From positions 144,336,001 through 144,400,000 of the forward strand of contig NC_088793.1 in NCBI RefSeq assembly GCF_011386835.1: a stretch of DNA of 64,000 nucleotides, read 5' to 3'. Below are positions 12,807 through 25,114 of the stretch, one piece after another. The notes beneath the pieces were generated by a model. The model saw only the letters and a program-made list of their open reading frames with translations. It was not told the origin of the DNA and ran no database searches. The translations under genes were made by a program, and so were the position numbers. The DNA is from Chrysemys picta bellii. Taxonomy: Eukaryota. Every line of letters begins with the position of its first letter. Position 1 is the stretch's first letter.

Positions 12807-13073
12807 TGCATGACATAATGCACTGAAATAACAGCCTCCTCCAAGGCTTTATTTCACATCCCAAAATAAAAACAATTAGCATAATGCATGCTTGAAATGT
12901 ATTGCATGTATATAAAACCCACTTTAGAAAGATACATCAAATTAGAAACGTCACTCCAGTCTTAAGCCTTAAGGAGGTAGGTAACATATAGTAAGGAAAA
13001 TAAAGAAGAAGCAAACCCCAATATTCAGAGCCCATTCTTCTGAATAACAGAATTGCATCTACAAAATTGCATG
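12807..13073 (+). promoter_or_regulatory. Cluster of four TGCATG (RBFOX) motifs downstream of the cassette exon
   Basis: TGCATG at 12807, 12885, 12903 and 13068. Confidence 0.6.
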
Positions 13074-13429
13074 TATATCTTTACACCTTTGACAGTTGCA
13101 TTATGTTAAAAAGCAGCCAGTTGTATGGAATACAAATATTCTGGATACAATAATATATCCAAAGGTAAGTTTGTGTTTTTATTGATTTAAACATTAATAA
13201 AGAAAATACATGGCATAGAATACCACTATTTAGGATAATGGTTAATATATCATGTCATTTGTTAAATATAGAACTTTTATCCTTTATTTCAAAGTAGTAT
13301 TTAATTACCATATTTTAATTTAGATTCTGAACTGTAATGGTACAAAAATTGTTTCTGTGTAATATCTTTAGTATAGTACTTATGATATTGATAAACAGCA
13401 AGATTCTTAAAATGTAGTCAACTTGAGGA

Positions 13430-14505
13430 TGTGACCCAGTGGTGCTTGGGGCAGCCCTCACTGGAAATGGCAAGGTCAGGGCAGGCTGCAAAAGGGAGAG
13501 CAAATCTTCCCAAGACTGGTGGGTAACACTGCAGTTTAAACTCCCCAACCAGTCACAAACTGTGTTTCTAATCCCCCATACTGGTTATCAAGAAGAAGAA
13601 GAAAAAATCACAAAGCTCCCTTTGTTTCAGTCCAGTCTCTGACTCCCAATCAGCACCTAGGTCCAGTACAGTGAGAAGTTATTTTAAAACTCTACTCGCA
13701 TATACAAAATGTTCTTCTGACTCCAAAGGCTCAGCCATATTACCAGGTCAGTATAGGTTTGGATCTTATCCAAAATACGACGCTGCCAGCCAATCCTTTA
13801 GTATCTAAAACTAAAGGTTTATTATAAAGAAAAAGAACAAGAAGAGAGATGTTAAATGGTAAAATAGTCACATACATACAAAGCCTTCAAAGTCCATATA
13901 TCAGGATCCTTGCAGTATTGGTGAGTTTACTGGCTTGAAAGGCCCTCTGGAATACATCCACAGCTTGGATCGGTCATTCAGTCCTTTATTCAGAGCTTCA
14001 GGTTGTAGCAAAGTTCCTCCAGAGTTGAAGACAAAATGGAGAAGATGCAGGTGCCTTTTATATTGTTTTTGCCATGCTGCCTTTGCTTCCTTTGTTTCAA
14101 ACAGAAGCTGCCCAGCACATGGCCTGAAAGCCTTAGAGTTCTGTCCATAGGCATGCCCCTGTATGCCTTGCTGAGTTATAAGGTGTTATCTGCCTTCTCT
14201 CAATGGGTCACCTGTATAGCTGATGGTCTTAATGGTCCATCAAGCAGACTAGGCGGAGCTGATGCCCAAACTGTCTGGGGGTGTCCCCCAGAAGCATAGC
14301 CCAAGTTTAAAATGCAGACAGACATACATATCTATAACTCGTAATACAAAGGTGATACAAACACAGAAATGAGATTATCATATCTGGCAAATTATAACAT
14401 TTTTGCAGATACCTTACATGGCCTATCTGGCAAAACTCATTACAGTTTTACAATTTGATTTTCATAATATCCTCAAGTGTCCCCCAGATTCCATACAGCA
14501 TCACA
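13430..14505 (-). mobile_element. Solo LTR (Gypsy/ERV type), different family from 10370-11405
   Basis: TGTGA...TCACA termini, 5-bp TSD GAGGA, and a minus-strand AATAAA near 13818. Confidence 0.85.
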
Positions 14506-16208
14506 GAGGATTTACTTCTCTAGATTATTTCTCAAGAACAACTAATTTAGGGCCCATTCTATCCTTCCGGTGTGAAAGGAAAAAGGCCCAATGTATATGT
14601 GGAAGATTGATTTTATGGAATTTCCTTCCCATTCTCCCTTCAAAGGGGAGGGATACCTAACTAAGCTGTGGTGTCATGGAATCCTGGACTTTGGAGAAAT
14701 CAGGCTTCAGTGCCATAGAACTTGGTGTACAGACAGCAAGCTGTTCCCTGGTGCTTCCTGTAGTTTACTTAAACAGCAGCAGCAGAAAGAGTTTGGGGAT
14801 GAAATCAACCCCCACATAACCTAAGATCCCTAGTGGCTATAGCAGCATATCCATACATAATGTAAGTGCATGTGTTTTTTGTCTTGGCAGCTTAGCCAAG
14901 GGCAACATCTTGAAAGAGCAAAGTATTGATCCATGCTGCAAATAGGGTGCTTAAGTCTCAAAGGCTTATAGTAAAAAGCTAAAACTACATATCACTTCTT
15001 GTCCTCGAGAGAGAGTAGGAGCCCTGTAAGACATGAAAGCCTTCATTCCCTTTGCAAGAATGTGACAGGATCATTTACCAGAGCCTGACTGTACTGCAGG
15101 TATTGAGCCAGAAGATGGTCATTGAACTGTGGTGTGGTATCTGTGAGATACCACCAAGCAAGGCAACCTGGGTTCGGCCTGATATCCCAGTTGATCACAA
15201 GTCACCCAGTCTCTTGCCACATCTGAGTAATAAACACCCTGAGATACTCTGACATAGTGGCATTGTGAGAACAATTTATAATTAAGAGAGACTTCCATAT
15301 TTCTTCAGTACATATTGTATTAGCCGTATACGAATCCACTGAGTGAAGGGTAGTGTGTACAGAAGGAGGTTCCACACTCAGCTCATTGCCTCCCTAGAAA
15401 TCTAAACTATATTAGTATCCTGAAGACGAGGATAACCCTGTATGTGTCTGAAGCATTGTTGACTAAATGTCCCAAAAGACATCAGAAATCAGTCTGTGAT
15501 AATTTATGTAGGAAGAGTGGATCAGGTTATCTCTGTCAGGGTCCATGTGATGAGGACCTGGGCAATGCCCCATAAGACATGCTTAGCTGCCTTTTCCTGG
15601 GAGAAACGGAGATGACAATGGCACAAGTTCAGCAAACTGAAAATAGTCCCTCACAAGTGATTCTTAGATCTGGGGCTTATGAAGTAAATCTAAGAAGTCT
15701 ATTTGCCACACACAACTGCCAGTTGTTTTGCAAAATGGTAGTGTGCAGACCACAGAGGCAATGCACAAATTCTCTCTCCTTTGATGAAGAACTCACATGG
15801 TCCTTTTATTCCACTTTATAAAGTAGTAATGGTTCTAACCAAGTACAGGACTCACCAAAGTTTCAAGGATATTTTTCAGAGCTTCCTTTTTGGGTGAGAG
15901 AGAGCATGCTCCGAGCTGGGGATGGTAGTAGCCAGTCCTATTGGAGTGAGGTTCTTGCCTGCTTTGATCACGTGGAACTAGAGCATCTTTTTAGATCTCA
16001 ATCTGGAATCTTGGTACCCAACAGGTTGGCACTTGAGATGGTGGAGAATGTTTTGATGTCTCACTTTCCCCTTGTCACTCTGAAGGAATTTAGGAAAATG
16101 CTTCTCGATTAATATGCACAAGGCTCATGTTGATCCTTCTCTTGTCTGCATGCACTTAACTGATCAGTTTCCACACTTCTGAATCTGGTTTACAGACATA
16201 TTTACTTA

Positions 16209-16493
16209 GGCTTGGTCTACACTACCCCCCTAATTCGAACTAAGGTACGCAACTTCAGCTACGTGAATAACGTAGCTGAAGTCGAAGTACCTTAGTTCGA
16301 ACTTACCTTGGTCCACACTCGGCAGGTGGGCTCCCCCGTCGACTCCGCGGTACTCCTCTCGCCGAGCTGGAGTACCGCAGTCGACGGCGAGCACTTCCGG
16401 GTTCGACTTATCGCATCCAGACTAGATGCGATAAGTCGAACCCAGAAGTTCGATTGCCAGCCGCCGAACTAGCGGGTAAGTGTAGCCAAGGCC
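16209..16493. mobile_element. PIF/Harbinger-type MITE with three internal hairpins
   Basis: TIR GGCTTGGTCTACACT / AGTGTAGCCAAGGCC, 3-bp TSD TTA, CpG-rich. Confidence 0.85.
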
Positions 16494-18109
16494 TTAGTTT
16501 TCGTGTTTTGTGTTTTCTGTTAATACAGTTTAGGTCAGGGTGGATTGATTAAAATCACTGATTTTAAGAGGCATACAGGAAACTTCGATTTAAATAATGT
16601 AATCTTGTGCTGTATTAGTACTTTTTAGTTATTTTCCCAAAAAAGATACATTTTCATTGCTTGGTAACCGTTAAAACATGTTGATTTGCAACTAAATATA
16701 GCCTTTACACTAAATTTGGTACTTTTTGCAGACAATATGGATTCACTTTATCTATACACTGAAGCAGTTATATAGCTTAACATACATATATTTAAATTCT
16801 TAATTTTGCATTTTTATGTTAGACAATTGTCAGTGATGCATTTACTATTTACAAGTTGGTTGGTTTTTTAACTTGTGAATTGTTTTGATCTGCATTTGGA
16901 TGGAAGTTGGAATTCATTTAAAAATGCACAAAACCAGGATTTTAAAACTGTTAGAATTACTTTAAATAAGCTAGATACATAAGAAAAAAGTTTATTTAAA
17001 ACATGTTTTGCATTTCAAACTAACTGACTTATTAAACAAAGTAAGTATTATCTTTGGTTAGTGAATTGAACTGATTGTTTCTGGTCTCCATGATTTTAGA
17101 TCTAGTAGATATCTACCTCTCTCACCTCAAGTTTTCCTGCTTTTTTCCACTCCCGTTCAATTTCTCAGCTTTGAATGAATTAATGAACTGTCCTTATTGG
17201 GAAAACTGAAATTAAGGAAATAGTCTCTCTGCCCCTGCAGAAGAAGTTAATGCTGTCAAAAGCTGGTTTTAGCACTTCAACAAACTCTGGTTACAGGTGC
17301 TTAGCCATTGACTTCCTTCAATTCAGTGGTTTGACTTTCTTTAAAACTTTGGAATGAACACATATTCCTTACTATAAACTATTAAAAGAATAATAATATT
17401 TAAGTGTTGATCATAATATCAGTTGTCATAATTTCAAATTTAATTTTAAATAGGTATATTTTTAAACATAAAAATATATTTAAATTAAAAATCCATTTTT
17501 TAATCATAAATTTGTATCCACATGCAGTTAGACCAATTTCTTTTTCACCGCTGGTTACCTGATTTATGAGGATCTTATATATGAGAATCTACAGTCTTGT
17601 GGAACAACTGTGATTTTTACTGAGCTGATGAGTCCTCTTATTGAACCACTAGATGTCTCTAAGATCAGGTTTCTAATATGGAAAATTTTATTCTTGATAG
17701 CACATTAATCCATCAATATTACTTTTATTGTTCCAGAACTTTTATTCTCATAACACAGACTCTTCTTCACAAATTAGTTAAGGCTTAAGTAGATACCTTT
17801 GCAAACTTGAGCTGACAAAAGCCTTTAGATCTGTGTTGGAGTTAATAGTTGAATCATAGAAAATAGAGATGGGAAAAGACCAGTTAGACTGTATAAAATT
17901 ACATGCAGGAGTTGGAATTAAATGTGTAAACTCCTATTCTGTCTTTGATCATCTGTGTCTGTCCAGGCACGTGGATTATAGTTATTCCCAACCTGTGGCT
18001 TCATTGCTCCAGGTCCTGAGCTAGCTTTGATCTAGCTAATTCAGGTTTGTTTATGTGAGCTGCAGTCACAACCCATTATTGCAGTGTAAACATACCAAAG
18101 ACCTTCGAT

Positions 18110-21100
18110 AGGCATACCCTCCTATATAAGAGTCAGACTACCTCTCTGCCTTCAGTTGTTTCTGTCTCCAGCAGATAGAGAACGTAGTCCTGACCAACAC
18201 ACACACACACCATTCCTTCTCTACTGCAGAGCATTTAGTTTGTGAAACTCTGAAGTAGAGGGGAGAAGGAAGGGTAGTAGAGCACCCACAGGGGGACACA
18301 TCTCGAAGAACCTCAGCTACTGCACACAGTGAGTAATCCTCTCTTCTTCTTCGAGTGATGTCCGTGTGGGTGCTCCACTTTAGGTGACTTCAGAGCAGTG
18401 CTCTCCTATGGAAGGAAGGGGCTTCGGAGTTGAAGTCATGGCAGATGATAATATAGTGAGTCCAAGTAGTGCATCCGAAGTTGCATACTGTTCTAATGCA
18501 TAATGTTGTATAAATGTATGGGCAAAAGCCCAGAGGGTTGCTTCTCTTCAGGTGTCTGTAACGGGAACATTGTTCAGAAATACTATCAGAGTTGATATTG
18601 CTCTGGTGGAATGTGTGCAAATCCCCGTAGGGAGTTGCAGGTTATGTTGGTGATAACACAGCTTGATGCAATCCGAAATCCTTTTGGATATGGCATCTCT
18701 GTTTGATCAGTGATTGAAACAAATAATTTCAGGGACCTGCAAAATGGTTTTGTTCTGTCTGCATAAAATGCCATGGCCCTGTGTACGTCGAGGGTATGTA
18801 GTGTGAATTCCTGATTACCTGTAGTGTAGAATGTTGGTAAGTGGATGGGTTGGTTAAGTTGGAATGGTGAGGTGATCTTAGATAAAAACTTAGGATGTGG
18901 TTTAAGAGTAATTGTATCTTCAGACAATATTGTGTAGGGTGGATCAGCCACGAGGGACCCTAATTCTCCCACCCATCTTGCCGATATAATGGCAACTAGA
19001 AAAGCCATCTTCATTGACAGGTGGAGAAGCAGCATGTTGTTAATGGTTCAAACAGGCATCTGGTGATGCCCTGGAGAACTAAGCTGAAATCCCATGGTAG
19101 AGTAGGAGCTCACACTTCAGGGTAAATATTGTTGAGGCCTTTCAGAAAGCACTTGGTGGTAGGGTGCACAAAAATGGATATGCCGTCTAGTGGTGAAACG
19201 TTGCCTAATGTGGTTCATATGCAGAAGAAGTGAAAAAGGAAGGGTCTCCCTCAGGGAGCTCCGACAATGTATGACTCTCCATTGGTGTAGAAAGAGATTT
19301 GGGAGTCCCCGGACTACACCTTGGCCTAAGCGGTAGGGCAGCAGCTCCAACCCTCACAATAAGAAAGATGGGTAAAGGATGGGTGCAGGCTCAGTTCTGC
19401 CCATTTCAGACAAAGACTTGACCCCTGTCCTGCGAAAGGACAGTAGTCCCAGAAAAGAACTCAAAAGAAGGGCAGGAAAAGCCTCCTCAAGCACCCCATA
19501 AGACTTGGCAGTTCAAAGTTGTCCAGATTCAGTATCTGTAGAAGAGCAAAAATAAAGAAGAAATGGGACAAGCAAAGGATGACGAAGAAGAGGGTGAATG
19601 AGTCAGTCCCTGACCTTCAGTCTCAAAATTAGGACATCCTCATATTTTGAGGAGCTGCCAACCCTCTTAAGGATGATAGCATGTACCCTGGAGCCATAGA
19701 ATGAATGTTTGCTACTGCCAGGGGATCCTATGCCATCTTCCTTTTATATGGCTCTGCATGTCTACATCCATGACGGAAAAGATGGACAATGAGTGGTGTA
19801 GTCTAGACAGGAAACATGACCAAAGTGCAGCATTAAATCTCACTGTCCTCTGAGAACATCAGATGTGGAAATGTTTACTGAGAACCCAAGAATGGATGCT
19901 GCCTTGTCAGGGTCAGTGAAAAGGACAGCACAGACTGTGGAATGAAGTGTGGCTCTCAAGGATTTCCTTGACAGAAAAAATGAGGTGTCTCTTTGAATGG
20001 AATCTTTGTGACCTTAAGCCTTTCCCTACAATCTTCAATTTATGCAGCATATATTTCCCAGGGACAGTGAACTGGTCACAGAAACTTAGCAGATCTCCAA
20101 AGGCCAAAGATAAAAACTGTGAAGTGACCAAGACACTCCCATTTCTGGGCACCACTATCTTCAATGTGAGTTCACATGTGACATGATTCTGCCACTTTAT
20201 TGAGACTACCATGGCTCCAGGAGAGAGGCCATGTAGCTAAAACAGTGGCTAGTGTTTGTTTTCTTTCTTCCAGAGCCGGGCCAACAGACTTGCCTTTTAA
20301 AGACCAGTTTCCTTTCAGTAAGACTTGGAGAAAGTCAACAGTCCTTGGCTGATTCAAAGAGCAAAGTCCTATCCCAGGAGATGCCAAGCTGAATCTTGAA
20401 TTTGTGTTCAAAGAGGAGCAGATGCTGGGAGACTAGAAACTATAATCCAGTAAAAAGGAGGCATAGCCATTTACAGAAGCAGTTGGCCTTAACAATGTAC
20501 AGTCTTTCATTGACAAAGGAGGAAGTAACAATTATCAGAGGAGTTCATTCAAATTTTAACCAGTCAACCTGCAGTTTCTAGAGTCTGGATATAAAGTCCC
20601 AACATTGCAGAAAGTTGAGGAACTGTTTTCATACCTGGGCCTAAATAACATCAAAGGGGTCCTGAACAATAGTACTGTATATGGATATGCAGTTGATTCA
20701 ATGTGAGATCCATTGTACTACAACTCCATTCTACTACACAGTGCCACATTGGCCCAACGAAAAGGCAACTGAGGTACCCTAAACAATTTCCTAAAGATAC
20801 AGCCCATTCCCCTGATCCTGGAAGATGAGAAGGACATTGGGATCTATTTCACTGTCCCAAAAACAAGGAGACTGTCCAGTTCTTGACTTGAAATGGGTTG
20901 ATCCTTCCTAGGTATGTCATGTTTGTAGGATGAGAGTCTCTAAAATAATTTATTCAAGATGTGAAGATGGGCAAATTCTAATCCTCCCTGGATCTCAAGG
21001 TTGTACACCTACCTGCATGTGCCTATTCTGCAGTCTATCAAGAAGTATCTGTGACTTACTGTCCTGGACCAATGCTACCAGTCCAAACCCTCCCTTGCAG

Positions 21101-21120
21101 TCCTAAGAAGAAAGGATATT
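18110..21120 (-). mobile_element. DIRS retrotransposon, degraded (RT/RNase H region, YR, ICR)
   Basis: ORF 18586-19035 (-) reads MAFLVAIISARWVGEL..LKPHPKFLSKI..LHTLDVHRAM (DIRS YR). The CTCGAAGAA...TTCTTCGAG block at 18300-18360 is ICR-like. Confidence 0.85.
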
Positions 21121-21127
21121 CTTTTAA

Positions 21128-22340
21128 TAGCATAATTAATCACACTGTTAAACAATAATCAAATACCATTTATTTAAATATTTTTGGATGTTTTCTACAT
21201 TTTCAAATATATTATTTTCAATTATAACAGTACAGTGCTCACTTTAAATTTATTTTTTATTACAAATATTTGCACTGCAAAAAACAAAAGAAATAGTATT
21301 TTTCAATTCACCTAATACAAGTACTGTAATGCAATCTCTTTATCATGAAAGTTGAATTTAAAAATGTAGAATTATGTACAAAAAATAACTGCATTCAAAA
21401 ACAAAACAAATCAAAACTTTAGAGCCTACAAGTCCATTCAGTCCTATTTCTTGTTCAGCCAATCGCTCAGACAAACAAGTTTGTTTACATTTGCAGGGTA
21501 CAATGCTGCCTGCTTTTTATTCACGTCACCTGAAAGTGAGAACAGGTGTTCTCATGGCACTGTTGTAGCTAGTGTTGCAAGATATTTACATGCCTGATGC
21601 ACTGAAGATTCATATGTCCCTTCATACTTCAACCACTATTCCAGAGGATATGTGTCCATGCTGATGATGAGTTCTGCTCAATAACAATCCAAAGCAGTGC
21701 GGACTGACAGATGTTCATTTTCATCATCTCAGTCTAGTGCCACCAGCAGAAGGTTGATTTTCTTTTTTGGTGGTTCGGGTTCTGTAATTTCTGCATCGGA
21801 GTGTTGCTCTTTTAAGACTTCTGAAAACATGCGCCACACCTTGTTCCTCTCAGATTTTGGAAGGCGCTTCAGATTCTTAAACCTTTGGTCAAGTGCTATA
21901 GCTATCTTTAGAAATCTCACATTGGTACCTTCTTTGCGTTTTGTGAAATCTGCAGTGAAAGTGTTCTTAAAATGATCAACATGTGCTGAGTGGTCATCCG
22001 AGACTACTATAATATGAAATATATGGCAGAATGTGAGTAAAATAAAGCCGGAGATGTACAATTTTCCCGCAAGGAGTTCATAAACAAGAAGTGGGCAGCA
22101 TTATCTCCCATAAATGTAAACAAACTTGTTTGTCTTAGTGATTGGCTGAACGAGAAGTAGGACTGACCTGTAGGCTCTGAAGTTTTGCATTGTTTTGTTT
22201 TTGAATGCAGATATGTAACAAAAAAGAAATCTACATTTGTAAGTTGCACTTTCACGATAAAGAGATTGCACAACAGTACTTGTATGAGTATCTTTTTTTA
22301 TTTAATTGCATGAGTTAACTGCGATTAATCGACAGCCCTA
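21128..22340 (-). mobile_element. Non-autonomous hAT with transposase C-terminal remnant; partial copy of the palindromic family at 47637-49276
   Basis: Minus ORF KIAIALDQRFKNLKRLPKSERNKVW; right TIR TTAATCGACAGCCCTA; left TIR missing at the DIRS junction. Confidence 0.85.
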
Positions 22341-23141
22341 ATTTAAACCTTCTGTTTTCCCCTTGGGGAGTCTGGACCCTGGTTTTCACAAGAACATTTT
22401 ATTGTTTTGTGTGATCTGTACTGCCTTGTGCTTTACGTGATTAAACATAAAGAGCATAAAGTTAGTAGATTGAACAAAGTATTTGTGTTGACTGCTTCAC
22501 AACTATTGTGTTCCCCCTGAGGGAGTTAAACTGTAAACCAGAAGCTTCACACCTTTGGGGTTGAGTTCTGGCTGAGGGGGTGTGTTTAAGTACTGGGCAG
22601 TCTGAAATGTCCAGAGGGGCTAGGCAGCTGGACAGTGGGTTCTGACACTCGGAGGGCAGTAACAGATAGAAGGTCTGCACCCTGAGTATGTGCATAGGAA
22701 CTCTAAGATTGGGGCAGTGGCTGGACTCAGTTCAGACTACAGGAGCTTAAAGCACCCTTTGGATCTGGGGCACTGAGGCCTCAATTCCCCTCACAGTAGT
22801 GTTAGTAGGTGGCCAGGAAGGGACTCTCACTAGGATCCATGACACGGGATAGAAGGAACTTGTTAGAGTAAGGGACTTTAAATGATACACAGTTACTTTC
22901 TTAAATGTTTAATACACCTTCATGTTTGTGTTTATGTAATTTATGACAAAATTAAAAACCGACTTTTGTGACAGAGGTAGATTTAGGACAATTGAGATAG
23001 AAACTTGTTTCTTGCAAAATATCTGATCTTATTAGATAACATCTTGTAATTCTACAAAATAAGTAAGATTTTTTTTGTAGTTCAAGCAGGGTAAATTATA
23101 AGCAAAGTGATCGCTGAATAATCATGTTTTTCATTTGACAG

Positions 23142-23217
23142 TACTTAACAACAGTCATTCCTTATGAGAAGAAAAGTGGACCGCCCTGTGTTGAAGATCT
23201 ACAAACATTAACCAAAA
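23142..23217 (+). CDS. FEZ2: FEZ2 coding exon, 76 nt, phase 0 to 1
   Basis: TTTGACAG|TAC...AAA A|GTGAGT; encodes YLTTVIPYEKKSGPPCVEDLQTLTK. Confidence 0.95.
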
Positions 23218-23263
23218 GTGAGTAACTATTTAAAACTCTCCTGCTGATCTCCTGTCCCATACC

Positions 23264-23537
23264 TAGTATTGCCAAAAACGAGTGTTCAAAAATCATGCTT
23301 TAGACCCCCCCAAAATCATATTACTATTTTTAAGCCATAATACATTTTGGATGGTTCTTGTTTGTCTTCTAGTTTTTGAGTCTCTAGAATGCACTTGGAT
23401 CATGTTTTCAAGCTTGTCTCTGAAACCCTGAGGGCTAGAAACTTTTTATTTTAACTAAAAGCTGATCTTCTCATGTAATGACTTGACTGCAGGAGCCCTA
23501 AGAAAAATACCAAATATCATGAATGTTGGCAACACTG
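23264..23537. mobile_element. Degraded MITE (probably hAT)
   Basis: Inverted termini AGTATTGCCAA / TTGGCAACACT; no clear TSD. Confidence 0.5.
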
Positions 23538-24261
23538 CTTCCCTGCTCCCTCAAAATATGCTATGTGTACTAATGGGTTTATCAGCAAATTCGTGTTGAA
23601 TTGAGACAACCATTTATGTAGTGAAGTTAGAACTTTTGAGAATGAGAGTAGATGGGGGAGCTAATTAATTATAGTTGTCAAATAATTGCTATTCAGAGAC
23701 TTTCAAATCTACTTTTCTTGGCCTAATTTTTCATGTGACAGTTATTTTGGTGTGTACAAATTAGGACACCCTAATGGGATCTGATTTTCACAATGTCTGA
23801 AGTGCCCACCCTCTTAAAAGCAGGTCCTTTTAGGGTGTCTGAGTTTGAGTACCCAGAATTACTAAACACTTCTGAAAATGTAAGATCTTATATGCATTTC
23901 TGCTGGCAGGAGACATATAAAATTTTTAAATAATAGAACATTTAAACAAAAGTAACTTAGGTACACATTCTTTTCCTGCAATATGCTCCCTTGGCTAGTA
24001 CTTAAGGTTTGTGTTTAAACTAGCGCTTTCTCACAGTTAACTTCATTTTCTGTTTAATCCTGTAATGAGGTCATAATCCTTTACTTATGACTAAAGCATA
24101 GTTCAAAATGTCAAAATTCCAGTAGTAGTCAAGGGGGAGGGGAAGCCAAAAGTCTCAGCCAAATAACATTTTTCATTAACAACAAAAACGTTTATACAAA
24201 TGTGTACTGTAAAGAGGTAAGTGTTTTCTGTGGACTTGTTGAAACCTGATCCTATTACTCA

Positions 24262-25114
24262 GGCTTGGTCAACACTACAGAGATACGTTGAGGTAAGGCA
24301 GCTTATATCTAATTACAGGTATGTCAGTGTACACACTACAGCCTTGCTCCCGCCGATGTAAGTGCCCTACTGCACCAACATCATAACTCCACTTCTAAGA
24401 AAGGCATAGGACTTATTTTGGTGTAGTTAAGGCAAGGCAGTGTCCATATAGACAGTGTTACTTACATCTGCTGTTGGCTGTCATTCTTGTCAATTTCATG
24501 GCTACTTGCTGGAGCCGTGAAATTGACAAGAAAGCCAGACTGACACAGGGTAGGTGGGGGACTCCAGCTAGAGACGGTTGCCTCCTGGGCTCCTAGGCAT
24601 GCTGTGCCTGACCTGCTCATAGTTCAGCTACCTCACGTCTCCCCACTCCCAGACCAGCTGCTGCCTGGGCTCCCCGCTCAGAGTTGGGCTGTGCCTGCCC
24701 AGCTCCCTTCAGGAAGCCCTGGTACTGCACGGAGGCTCCTGCTGCCAGGAGCCTAGCTGCACTCCCGGGCTCTTGGCTCCCCGCTCCTTGCCACAGCTGG
24801 GGTCTCAGCAGGGAGCTTCGTGCCTGAAGACCTCGAGCCTCCTGGGGGCAGCCAGGCTTCTGGTGCCAGAGAGCCATGTGCCCATTGGGGGGGTGGCCAG
24901 GCTCCTGGTGATGGGGAGCTGCATGTGGAGCTGAGAGGCCTAGATTCTTAGCCTCCCACACTGCCCCTCTTAAATCGGTGGAAGCGCTCCTGGTGAGGAC
25001 ACGCACCACCAACAAAAGGAGGATAATGTGGGCATTAACCACCATGGTAATTACTGTGATGGTTGTAAGTCGACCTAACGTAGGTCGATGTACGTTTCTA
25101 GTGTAAACATGCCC
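24262..25114. mobile_element. PIF/Harbinger-type non-autonomous element with GC-rich core
   Basis: TIR GGCTTGGTCAACACTA / TAGTGTAAACATGCCC; 3-bp TSD TCA. Confidence 0.75.

Noticed and set aside
14700-16190. Possible fifth, very old DIRS relic on the minus strand
   Set aside because: Only a faint gag-like Cys/His pattern near 16100-16190; no YR or terminal motifs could be confirmed by eye.
18300-18360. CTCGAAGAA...TTCTTCGAG motifs resembling a hammerhead core
   Set aside because: No GAAA-stem III-stem I arrangement; explained as the DIRS internal complementary region.
24617-25045. 142-aa minus-strand ORF
   Set aside because: Lies inside a GC-rich Harbinger MITE; low complexity and no domain resemblance.
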